This document shows, one piece after another, positions 44,121 through 52,702 of a stretch of 64,000 nucleotides of DNA; position 1 is the first letter of the stretch; each line of letters starts with the position of its first letter. The notes beneath the pieces are model-generated. The model saw nothing but the letters and a program-made list of their open reading frames with translations. It was not told the DNA's origin and did not search any database. The DNA comes from a virus. The DNA lies in IMG/VR virus record IMGVR_UViG_3300020183_000053, positions 10,874 to 74,873 of that record; one strand, written 5' to 3'. The position numbers and the translations under genes are program-made.

Positions 44121-46945
44121 CAGCCCACCTCGCAGCCACTATCCGCCAGCGGGGCCGCAGGGTCAAGCGCATCCAGCTGCAGCTCCAGCAGCGCGTCCAG
44201 GTCAACCTCTGCGGGTACCGCAGAACGCCCCGCGCCCAGCTTCGGCTGGTCAGGTGCGTGCTCGGCCAGCCACTGGTGCATCTGCTGCACCTGCCCGTGC
44301 AGCGTGTGGCTGGGTGCCAGCCGCCGCTGCGCTTCACCCAGCAGCAGCCGCCCGATGCGCAGGTGGTACAGCGCGGCCTCGCGGAATGGCAGGTACCCGT
44401 TCCCCGCGCAGCGCATCGCTGCCTCATAGCACGCCCACTGTTCCTCGCGGCGGTTATCGTTGCCGTATTGCAGGCCCAGGCTCACCCATGCGCCTGGGCT
44501 GGTGGGGTCGTCCTGCAGCTGCTTCACGAGCAGGCGCGTGTACCGTGCCAGCTTGGCCTGCATGGCCTCGGGGCCGCCGCTCAGGCCACGGTGGTCCACG
44601 GTGAACGGGGCATAGCGCACCTGCGGGTGGATGCCGCGCTCACCCAGGGCGGCCATTCCCTTTTCCAGTGTCTCGTGCACCCTGTAGCTGAACCGCAGGA
44701 TGCCACCTGCCAGCCGGAACAGCCGGGTGTTTTCGGACCAGTTCCAGGCGCCGTCTGCCCGCCAGTTACGGAACCGGAACAGCCACGCCCAGCTGTCGGT
44801 GACCTCGACCATGCGGCGCAGCGCAATCGTGGCCAGGAACGTGCTCTCATACTGCTCGTCGGGGTCCATCACAAGGCACCACGCGCAGCCCAGCTCGCGC
44901 AGCCGGTCCACGCCCGCGTTCCGCGCTGTGCCCAGGTCGTCATTCAGCGGGTGGTACACCCACTCCGCACCGTACCGGGCGGCCACGTACTGCACGTCGG
45001 CGCTGGGCGCGGTGCCCTCGGGGCCGGTCCACACCAGCACCACGTGGTCAGCCAGCGCATACAGGCTGTCAAGGTGGCGGTGCAGGTCGTACAGCTGCTC
45101 GCCATCGTGCCACAGCATGGTGAACCCCAGCCCGTTGTCAGGCTGCCAGGGTGCCAGCTGCATCCCCTCCTCGCGCACGATGTGGTCGTACCCGCCCGCG
45201 CCACTGGTGCGTCCCTGGGTGAGCACACTATCGGGGTTCTTGTCTTTGCCACGGTAGAACGCCACTTTCCGCAGCCGGTCAGCGTGGCGCAGGTATCCAT
45301 AGTGACGGAACCGCAGAGCGGCCACGCGCTTGGCGTTCTCCCCCGCATCGGGCACGTTCCCGCAGTGCAGCCCGATGTCGTTGCCCGCCAGCACGTTCTG
45401 CACGCTGGGGTGGGTCACACGCCACAGGCGGAACCCGCGCATCGAGCTGCGATAGTCGGGGCCGCACCACGGCACGTCCACGCGGCACAGGCGCGGGCTG
45501 TCCCAGTGGTTCGCCCAGCCCACGTCATAGTGGGTCACCAGCGGGTCGGGGTTGCGCATCCACTTCTGCAGCAGGGCGCGGTCCACCCGTTCCTCCACCA
45601 CCTCGTCGTGGTCAACGCTCAGCAGCCAGTCGGGCGCAAGCTGCAGCGCCAGCCGGATGGCGGCGTTGCGCTCGTCGCGCTCGTTCCACTCGCCCACCCA
45701 GCTGCGCACCAGCACAGGCACGTCACGCTGGCTGCAGGCACTGGCCAGCCGCTCGGCCCACACCTGCAGCACGGCGGCCTGCTCGTCTGGCGTGGCGTCA
45801 CGGCAGGCCTCCAGCAGCGCCTGCTCTGCAGGCTCGAACAAGCCAGCACGCCACTCGGGTGTGGTGGTAACCTCCGCAGGGTTGCCGGTGAGCAGGATAG
45901 CGATGCCGTCCACCAGCTGGCTGGTGCGCCCGATGCTGGCGCGCAGCATCGCAAGGTCGTTCGGCACGTGCAGCTTCACGCGCCACAGCGCCACCAGCCG
46001 CTGCTCGCGGTCGGTGTAGCCCTCCCAGGTGCGCAGGTACGTCGGCAGGTTCGCCAGCCCGCGCTGCGCATCGGGGAACACAGCGTCCAGCGTCTGGTGG
46101 CCCAGGTGGTGAACGTAGCAGTTAGTCGCGATGGCCATACGCCAGCCCAGCAGCTGCACACGCGCGGCGATGTCGTTGTCATCGTACCCGCCGATACCGT
46201 ACTGCGGGCGGATCAGACACGGCTGGCCCTCGTGCTGCTCCAGCAGCTGCAGCAGGCACTCGCGGCCATACAGCACGCACAGCCCTGACAGGAAGCTGGC
46301 GGCCATCGGTGTCCACCCGTTCTGCTCGGCGTAGTCAGCAGCGAAACGGTCCAGCATGGCGTCTGCATCTGCCGTGAAGGCGCTGCCTGTCGCCATCTTT
46401 ACGTCGGGCGCACGCACCTGCTGCATACCCGCCACCACGTTTGACACGGGGCCGACCATGCCGATGCGCCCGTAGCCACCCACAGGGTGCGCGGGCGCCT
46501 GCTGACCGTAGCCCGCCACCTCACCCTGCAGCCGAACGTCGGGCGTGTGCAGCGCACCGTGCATCCGGTGCAGCCAGCCGGGCGTCACGCGCACGTCGTC
46601 GTTCATGATCACCACAGCGGGCGGCAGCCCACCGTGCTCCAGCGCCACCTGCACCCCTGCGTTCACAGCGCCAGCCCAGCCCGCAGGCCCAGGCATCTGC
46701 ACCCACTGCAGCAGCACCTGCTGGCGCTCGCCGCTCGCCGCCTGGACCATCGCCGCCACCTGCTGCTGCAGCTGGTCGATACTGCCGTCTGCCAGCCCCT
46801 GCGGCAGCGGGTTCACGACCAGCATCAGCCGCCAGCGGTCCACCTGTGTGCAGGTGAGCAGGCGCTGCACGCACGGCAGCACCAGATCGGCGCGCCCCAT
46901 CGTGGGCACAATGACGAGGCAGTGGTGTTCGTTGTCGTGGTGCAT
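44120..46945 (-). CDS. Multi-domain glycosyltransferase (three GT2/GT-A-like domains plus TPR-like C-terminus)
   Basis: VIVPT..MNDDV..GWL..GGYDDND; RNAAI..LSVDHDE..HYGY; ARNAG..VMDPDE..RVHE; helical C-terminus. Confidence 0.85.
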   Translation of the reverse strand: MHHDNEHHCLVIVPTMGRADLVLPCVQRLLTCTQVDRWRLMLVVNPLPQGLADGSIDQLQQQVAAMVQAASGERQQVLLQWVQMPGPAGWAGAVNAGVQVALEHGGLPPAVVIMNDDVRVTPGWLHRMHGALHTPDVRLQGEVAGYGQQAPAHPVGGYGRIGMVGPVSNVVAGMQQVRAPDVKMATGSAFTADADAMLDRFAADYAEQNGWTPMAASFLSGLCVLYGRECLLQLLEQHEGQPCLIRPQYGIGGYDDNDIAARVQLLGWRMAIATNCYVHHLGHQTLDAVFPDAQRGLANLPTYLRTWEGYTDREQRLVALWRVKLHVPNDLAMLRASIGRTSQLVDGIAILLTGNPAEVTTTPEWRAGLFEPAEQALLEACRDATPDEQAAVLQVWAERLASACSQRDVPVLVRSWVGEWNERDERNAAIRLALQLAPDWLLSVDHDEVVEERVDRALLQKWMRNPDPLVTHYDVGWANHWDSPRLCRVDVPWCGPDYRSSMRGFRLWRVTHPSVQNVLAGNDIGLHCGNVPDAGENAKRVAALRFRHYGYLRHADRLRKVAFYRGKDKNPDSVLTQGRTSGAGGYDHIVREEGMQLAPWQPDNGLGFTMLWHDGEQLYDLHRHLDSLYALADHVVLVWTGPEGTAPSADVQYVAARYGAEWVYHPLNDDLGTARNAGVDRLRELGCAWCLVMDPDEQYESTFLATIALRRMVEVTDSWAWLFRFRNWRADGAWNWSENTRLFRLAGGILRFSYRVHETLEKGMAALGERGIHPQVRYAPFTVDHRGLSGGPEAMQAKLARYTRLLVKQLQDDPTSPGAWVSLGLQYGNDNRREEQWACYEAAMRCAGNGYLPFREAALYHLRIGRLLLGEAQRRLAPSHTLHGQVQQMHQWLAEHAPDQPKLGAGRSAVPAEVDLDALLELQLDALDPAAPLADSGCEVG

Positions 46946-47023
46946 CTTCTGCGCTCCCCGCCTCTCGGGCGTGTGTGTGGGGTGCGCAGTGTATCGCGGG
47001 CGGGCTACCTTGGGGAGCCAGCG

Positions 47024-47653
47024 TCAGGGCGCGTACCTGTCAGCCCGCAGCTGCCAGTGGTGTGGGCGCACGCCGAAGCCCACACGCACCTCACGCACGC
47101 CACCCACCAGCCACTGGTCGCCAGTGGCCTGCTCCACGATGTAGTCCTGCGGGCTGGGCGCCCAGGTTTCCTCATAGTCCAGCAGGAACGTGGCGGCGTC
47201 CATCGCCTGCACGCCCTGGTTCTGCGCTGGTGCGCGCATGAACCCAGACCACCCCAGCACGGCGAGCTTCGCCTCGGCCACTGTCACCAGCATGAACTGC
47301 GGCGTGCCGTCCGCACTCACCGCCTGCACCGCCACTGTCGGCACGGTGGCCTCGTTCGCCAGCCCGGTGGTGGCCACGCTGGTCAGTGTGGCGAAACGCT
47401 TGGTCGTCACCTGGGTTCCGTTTGCCGCGAAGGTTAGCGTTTCGCTCTGTGCCGCACCACCGGGTGCCGTGCCCACCAGCTCCACGGTGCCGCTGCCTGT
47501 GGTGCCGCCAGCCACAGTCACCTGCAGGAACGCCTGCCCCAGCAGGGCGCGGGTCGGCGTCAGCGTAGCTGCTGCGGTGGTGGCCACCAGCGCGAACGCC
47601 GTCTTTCGGCGCACGTCCACCACCGTGTTCGCGCTGCTGGTGACCGTGCTCAT
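47024..47653 (-). CDS. Thr-rich virion protein, C-terminal head-closure-like domain
   Basis: Position in the head-tail region; C-terminal D.IV....W.V..V...HHW pattern. Confidence 0.55.
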   Translation of the reverse strand: MSTVTSSANTVVDVRRKTAFALVATTAAATLTPTRALLGQAFLQVTVAGGTTGSGTVELVGTAPGGAAQSETLTFAANGTQVTTKRFATLTSVATTGLANEATVPTVAVQAVSADGTPQFMLVTVAEAKLAVLGWSGFMRAPAQNQGVQAMDAATFLLDYEETWAPSPQDYIVEQATGDQWLVGGVREVRVGFGVRPHHWQLRADRYAP

Positions 47654-48159
47654 GCCTTGGTGCCCCACACGAACGTGTCCAGCCCATTCCGCTCCAGCCG
47701 CCCCTGCAGGCTGGCCCACCCACAGGCGGCGCGCAGCACCTGCAGCATTTCGTCGGGGTCGCGCCCCCCGTAGTAGCCGGGCGTCGGGCTGTCCTCCAGG
47801 TGGTGCTCGGGCCGCAGCCTGCTGGCACAGCTGAACGCCAGCAGGCCACCGGGCCGCAGGTGCTGCGCCGCTGCCTGCAGTGTCTGCTGCCAGAACGGGT
47901 CATGCTCCAGCATCTCGGTGCTCACCACCACGTCCACCGGGCCACCCACAGGTGGGTGCTCGTGGGCGATGCCCACCACGTCCACGCCAGCGCCAGCGTA
48001 TGCGTCGATACCCAGGTAGTACGACGGCGCCGGGAACAGGCGGCGCGGGCTGCCGTTGATGTCGCGGCTGCCATACTCCAGCACTCGCGCACCAGCGGCG
48101 AACAGGTGGGGATGGTTCAGGCGCAGCCCGCTCAGCCAGTCCATGACGGTGGCGTGCAT
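47650..48159 (-). CDS. Class I SAM-dependent methyltransferase
   Basis: VLEYGSRDING, GID...GVDVV, DVVVSTEMLEHD, LRPGG. Confidence 0.85.
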   Translation of the reverse strand: MHATVMDWLSGLRLNHPHLFAAGARVLEYGSRDINGSPRRLFPAPSYYLGIDAYAGAGVDVVGIAHEHPPVGGPVDVVVSTEMLEHDPFWQQTLQAAAQHLRPGGLLAFSCASRLRPEHHLEDSPTPGYYGGRDPDEMLQVLRAACGWASLQGRLERNGLDTFVWGTKA

Positions 48160-48779
48160 CAGCTCTCCAGGCTGGGCGGCGCCAGCGTTTCCGTGGTGGG
48201 GTCTGCCGCTGGCGCGTCGGCCTGCGCCTGCGTGTCGTGCGCTGTGGGCGCCTGTGCGGCCTGTGGGGGCGCCTCGGGCTGCGGGGCGGCGTCGGTGCGG
48301 ACGGTGCGCTTGCGGGCCGCCTGCGGGGCGCTGGCGGGCGCCTGCAGCGTGTGCTGCGGCTCCCACGCACCGGCTGCCAGTGCCTGCACCTGCACCTGCG
48401 CTGCATCAGTCACCACCACCCGCAGCGCCGCATCGGCCACTGTCAGCGCGTGCACCTCGTGGTGCGTGGCCAGTACCTGCAGGGTGGCGGCCAGCTCGTC
48501 CACGGGGCCAGCCACCAGCACCACCACGGCAGCGCGCAGGTCCGCGCTGCCCAGCTGCGCGCCCAGGTAGGCAGGGTCACCCGCCAGCAGGGTGGCACGC
48601 CCCACGTGCGCGCGCCAGCCGCCCGCTGCAGCCACCGCACGGCCACGCCCCACAGGCGGCAGGGTTGCGCCCGGTGGCTGGTCCAGCAGCAGCACGTGGC
48701 GCGCATAGTGCAGCCCAGGCTGGGCGCTGGGCAGCAGGTCCATCGTCGGCAGCACGCCCACCACGTCGTTCTGGCTCAC
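48159..48779 (-). CDS. Hypothetical protein with Ala/Pro/Thr-rich tail
   Basis: Coupled to rmlB and the methyltransferase by overlapping start/stop. Confidence 0.55.
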   Translation of the reverse strand: MSQNDVVGVLPTMDLLPSAQPGLHYARHVLLLDQPPGATLPPVGRGRAVAAAGGWRAHVGRATLLAGDPAYLGAQLGSADLRAAVVVLVAGPVDELAATLQVLATHHEVHALTVADAALRVVVTDAAQVQVQALAAGAWEPQHTLQAPASAPQAARKRTVRTDAAPQPEAPPQAAQAPTAHDTQAQADAPAADPTTETLAPPSLES

Positions 48780-49765
48780 GATGCCTCCATTTCAGTGAAC
48801 GGCGCCAGCTCAACGCTGGAGCCATGGTATTCGCTCAGCAGGGCGCGCAGGTTTTCGGGCGCCAGCAGGTCGGCGGTGGCTTCCCAGCCCAGGGCGCGCA
48901 GGCGGCTGCCGTCCACGCGGTAGGCTGCATCCTGCCCAGGCCGGTCAGGGCTGGTGACCACAGCCTCGTCCTCGTGCACGCCCAGCTGGGAGGCCAGCGC
49001 CAGCACCACCTCGCGCACGCTTGCCACACGTGGTCCGGCGATATTGAAGGTGGCACCAGTGTTCACCGCGCCCGCAGCCAGCCACGCGGCCACGTTGCAC
49101 AGCGCGTCCGCGAACTCGTGCACCGCCACCCACTGTCGCAGCTGGGTGCCGCCACCGTGCAGTGGCACAGGGCGGCCCGCCTGCAGCAGCGCGCAGGCAA
49201 TCGGCAGCAGCTTCTCGCCCAGCTGTCCCGCCCCCCATGCGTTGCACCCGCGCGTGATGGCGTACTGCAGCCCGGCGCTGGTGCCCATCGCGCGCACCGC
49301 CAGCTCCCCGGCTGCCTTGCCTGCGCTGTAGGGGCTGCTCGGGCGCAGCACGCTCCACTCTGGATAGGGGCCACTCAACGCAGGGCCATACACCTCGTCG
49401 GTGCTGCAGTAGACCAGCGGCACACCAGCCGACGCGCACGCAGCGGCCACCACCTGGGTGCCGTAGCCGTTGACCAGCATAGCCTCGCCCGGCTGCTGCA
49501 GGCTGCGGTCCACGTGCGACTGCGCCGCAAGGTGCAGCACTACGTCGGGGCGCGCGCCTGCCAGTGCCACCCGCACGTCGTCGGGCGAGCACACGTCACC
49601 CAGCCACAGCTGGTCGCCCAGCGCGCTCTCCACAGCGCCCCACCCGGTGGCGGCACGGGTGCGCGCGTCCAGCACGGTGACACTGCGCGCGCCGTGCGCC
49701 TGCGCCAGCTGGCGCACCACGTGCTGCCCGATGAACCCTGCACCACCTGTGACCAGCGTGCGCAT
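48776..49765 (-). CDS. rmlB: dTDP-glucose 4,6-dehydratase
   Basis: TGGAGFIG, HLAAQSHVDRS, STDEVYG, PSSPYSAGK, DRPGQD..Y. Confidence 0.92.
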   Translation of the reverse strand: MRTLVTGGAGFIGQHVVRQLAQAHGARSVTVLDARTRAATGWGAVESALGDQLWLGDVCSPDDVRVALAGARPDVVLHLAAQSHVDRSLQQPGEAMLVNGYGTQVVAAACASAGVPLVYCSTDEVYGPALSGPYPEWSVLRPSSPYSAGKAAGELAVRAMGTSAGLQYAITRGCNAWGAGQLGEKLLPIACALLQAGRPVPLHGGGTQLRQWVAVHEFADALCNVAAWLAAGAVNTGATFNIAGPRVASVREVVLALASQLGVHEDEAVVTSPDRPGQDAAYRVDGSRLRALGWEATADLLAPENLRALLSEYHGSSVELAPFTEMEAS

Positions 49766-49989
49766 CACCGCCCCCTCGTGCGCCGTGTGCGGCGCGGCTC
49801 CGCTGCTGGCAGTTCCACCTGCTGCCAGCGTTTGCGCTGCAGCACCACCGCAGCCGTGGCGGTGTGTGCCTGGGCCAGCCACCCGCCTGCGGTGCGCTGG
49901 CAGGTCACCGCCTCTTCTGGCGTGTGTACCACCAGCCCCTCGTCAGGGTCGCCGTCAACGTGTGGGCGTGTCCAGTGCGTGGTGGTCAT
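49765..49989 (-). CDS. Hypothetical protein
   Basis: Gene tiling. Confidence 0.5.
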   Translation of the reverse strand: MTTTHWTRPHVDGDPDEGLVVHTPEEAVTCQRTAGGWLAQAHTATAAVVLQRKRWQQVELPAAEPRRTRRTRGR

Positions 49990-50555
49990 GCGGTGGCGTC
50001 CGCAGGGAACGCCCGCACGTACCGAGCCAGGATTGCAAGCGCGGCGGCTGGCAGCGCGCTCTCGTCCAGCGTGTACCTGTAGCCGGAAGCGCCCTCACTG
50101 CTCATTCCAGCGTGCCGCGCCCGATTGAACTCTGCCACAGCGCACAGCGTGGCGGCGTGCTGCAGGTCCGCAGGCGGCTGCGCGTACCCGAACGTGTACG
50201 TGACCGCCACCTGCTGGCGCCCCTCGGGGAAGTAATACCCCAGCGGGGCCAGCCGCACGATGCCGGGTCGGTTGTCCACGTACCACTGCGTGGCCTGCAG
50301 TGTGCTGCCCGTACACACCACTGCCGCCACACTCTCCACAGGGAAGCCACGCAGGCGCAGCTCGCTGGTTCCTGCGTTTTCGATGTCGTACAGCTCAGTC
50401 ACGGTGGTAGCGGTCAGCGCGGCCATGCCGCAGTAAGCCAGCACCTGCTGCTCGCCCACGTCCACGAGATCGTCCAGCAGGGCGTCGTGCATGGTGACGC
50501 CCGCCGGGATGCCGAGAACCCGCTTGCAGCGGGCGGTGCTGGTCAGTGTCGCCAT
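49986..50555 (-). CDS. Head-tail adaptor (gp6/gp15-like)
   Basis: K..LGI....DALL, FPVESV, VTYTFGY..PPADL. Confidence 0.78.
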   Translation of the reverse strand: MATLTSTARCKRVLGIPAGVTMHDALLDDLVDVGEQQVLAYCGMAALTATTVTELYDIENAGTSELRLRGFPVESVAAVVCTGSTLQATQWYVDNRPGIVRLAPLGYYFPEGRQQVAVTYTFGYAQPPADLQHAATLCAVAEFNRARHAGMSSEGASGYRYTLDESALPAAALAILARYVRAFPADATA

Positions 50556-50556
50556 C

Positions 50557-51063
50557 TCACACCTCGGCAGCGCGGGGTCCGCGCCGGTAGCGATAACCGA
50601 CATTCCCATGCGCTGCTGCGTGGCGCCGCTGGCGCGGGGTCAGGTTGCACTCGGCCAGCCCCCGTTCCTCCAGCAGCCGGATGGTGGTGCGCCACTCGCC
50701 GTCCGTGATGCCGCTGGCCTGGACGAGCGCCCGCTTGTCCTGCCACTGGTCGGTGAGCGCCGCGAAGATAGCGCGCTGGCTGGGTGTGCTGATGCGTGGT
50801 TTCGCGTCCTCAAGCGCCTGCAGCCACTCGGCGGTGCAGTCCTGCCAGCCCAGGCACAGCGCCCGCGCGTGTGCAGCCTCACCCTGCAGGAACAGGGTAT
50901 GTGCCACCTCACCACCCAGCTCAATGGCGCGGCTGTCGGTGGCCTCGTCATACGTGGCGAAGGCGATAGGCTGCGCGTCGTGGTGCGCTGCATCCCGGTC
51001 GTAACGCCGCAGGACGAACCGATAGGTGCCTGCAGCTGGCGGGGTGTCGTCGATTGCACTCAT
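50557..51063 (-). CDS. Hypothetical protein with C-terminal winged HTH
   Basis: KRALVQASGITDGEWRTTIRLLEERGL..GYRY; own RBS and class II motif. Confidence 0.6.
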   Translation of the reverse strand: MSAIDDTPPAAGTYRFVLRRYDRDAAHHDAQPIAFATYDEATDSRAIELGGEVAHTLFLQGEAAHARALCLGWQDCTAEWLQALEDAKPRISTPSQRAIFAALTDQWQDKRALVQASGITDGEWRTTIRLLEERGLAECNLTPRQRRHAAAHGNVGYRYRRGPRAAEV

Positions 51064-51084
51064 GGGGTGCGCCCTCCTGCGCGG

Positions 51085-51094
51085 ACTGTATCAC
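51085..51094 (-). promoter_or_regulatory. Extended -10 promoter-like motif (class II)
   Basis: GTGATACAGT upstream of RBS AGGAGG. Confidence 0.55.
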
Positions 51095-51238
51095 GCGCGC
51101 AGTGTGGGTGCGCAGCACAGCCCTGCAGGGTGCGCAGCTGCACCTGCGCTGCGCACCACCCGCGCAGCAGAACGCCCGCCCAGCCGGGCGGCTGGTGCGG
51201 GCGCTGTGTGCCGCCGGGTGGCGGCGCGGTGCCGTCGC

Positions 51239-52246
51239 TTAGGTGGCGGCGATACCGGCCAGCACGCTGGCGCCCTTGGTGTTCGCGAGCACCACAGCGC
51301 CGTCCCAGTAGATGTCGAACTGGTCGAACTGGCTGTCGGTGGTGGCCAGCGGCATCATGGTCATCGGGGTCAGCTCTTCCAGGTAGGCGAAACGCTTGTT
51401 CACCACCACCAGCGCGGTGGTGGGGTTGGTGGCTTCGCCCGCGAACGCCGTGATGCTGGTGCCGCTCCAGCTCATGGCGTCAGACATGCCGGTGGACACC
51501 ACCAGGGGGATGCCGTCGTAGGTCCGCACGCGGAACCCAGCGGCGATCTCCACCTCATTGATGAACTGCTGCTGCGCCTGCAGGGCGGCGTTCAGCTTGC
51601 GGATACCCTTGAACGAACCGTAGATAACGAGATCGCTGCGGTTACCGCTGCCGCGCACGCTGTCGATGGTTTCGTCCAGCTTCGCCAGGGTGAGACTGCC
51701 GCCTGCGCTGGCGCTGGTCTGCGCCACCACCTGCCCGCCGACCGCGTTGATGAGGGTCAGCAGACCGTTCATCATATTCGCGTCGCCGCCCGCGCCGTTG
51801 TTCCCGACGAAGATGCACGCCTCCAGCGCCTCGTTGAAGTCGTCAGCCTTCTGCATCATTTCTTCGGCGAGGATGTCGATGTAGCTGCGGCCACGTGCCC
51901 GCATCTTGCGGGTGACGCGCCCACGGGTGGCGAGCGTGGCGTAGGTGAACGTCGCCTGCGCGTAGCTGCCAGTGCTCTCCACCACGCTGTCGGTGTCAGC
52001 CACCCACACGTCGCCCACGCTCATGGAGCTGGCGGTGCGGCGGTTGATGATGGCTGCCGAACCGCTGCCCGGCTTGCGGTCCATCGTCCCCAGGGCGCCG
52101 AACTCGCGGATCGACAGCTGCTGGATGATGCGGTTGGTGAAGTTCTGGACCAGCGTGCTGCCAGCGCCAGCGACGTTGATGGCGCGGGCGAACGCCTCGC
52201 GCTTCGACGGGTCGAGGCCCGCCCACACGGTAGGGGTGGTGCTCAT
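51239..52246 (-). CDS. Major capsid protein (HK97 fold)
   Basis: 335 aa after protease/scaffold; E...FVG, NGL, TYDGIP.V; distinct codon use. Confidence 0.85.
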   Translation of the reverse strand: MSTTPTVWAGLDPSKREAFARAINVAGAGSTLVQNFTNRIIQQLSIREFGALGTMDRKPGSGSAAIINRRTASSMSVGDVWVADTDSVVESTGSYAQATFTYATLATRGRVTRKMRARGRSYIDILAEEMMQKADDFNEALEACIFVGNNGAGGDANMMNGLLTLINAVGGQVVAQTSASAGGSLTLAKLDETIDSVRGSGNRSDLVIYGSFKGIRKLNAALQAQQQFINEVEIAAGFRVRTYDGIPLVVSTGMSDAMSWSGTSITAFAGEATNPTTALVVVNKRFAYLEELTPMTMMPLATTDSQFDQFDIYWDGAVVLANTKGASVLAGIAAT

Positions 52247-52249
52247 GGC

Positions 52250-52702
52250 TCAGGCCTCCATGCTGTCAGTGATGACGCCGTCCGCGAAGGCAGCGGCGAG
52301 GATGCTGCGCAGGTCAGCCTCCAGCTGGGCGCGGGTCTGCACCACGGTGCTGTCCCGCCGGTCAGCCTGCGCGCGCGCCACCTGCACCAGCGCAGAGCCA
52401 GCACCCAGGGTGCGCTCCACGGTGCGGATCAGCGTGCCGTGGCCACCGACATCGGTGTGGCGGTGCGCGTGCGGGCTGTGGGCCACACCCTGGCGGCTCG
52501 CAGCGGCCAGGGCGCGGTTCAGCTGGGCTTCCTTGGCGTCCAGCTGGGCACGCAGCTGGGCGGCCTCGTCGGCAGCCGGGGCGGTGGTGGTGGTCGGTGC
52601 GACGCGCTCCACCAGCTTGGCGAGAACACCGTTCAGCTCGCCGATGGCGCGCTCCAGAGTGTCCAGCCGCTGGGTGTCGGTCGCCGTGCGGTTGTCGGGC
52701 AT
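52250..52702 (-). CDS. Possible nested in-frame scaffold protein
   Basis: Internal ATG at 52702 with GAGGA; TTGACA-N17-TCTACT at 52797-52769. Confidence 0.45.
   Translation of the reverse strand: MPDNRTATDTQRLDTLERAIGELNGVLAKLVERVAPTTTTAPAADEAAQLRAQLDAKEAQLNRALAAASRQGVAHSPHAHRHTDVGGHGTLIRTVERTLGAGSALVQVARAQADRRDSTVVQTRAQLEADLRSILAAAFADGVITDSMEA

Noticed and set aside
9406-50128. Many long plus-strand ORFs (e.g. 9406-12042, 17391-19490, 22787-24700, 44102-46288, 48056-50128)
   Set aside because: Antisense shadows of clear minus-strand genes; high GC and scarce TCA/CTA/TTA remove stops; no recognisable motifs
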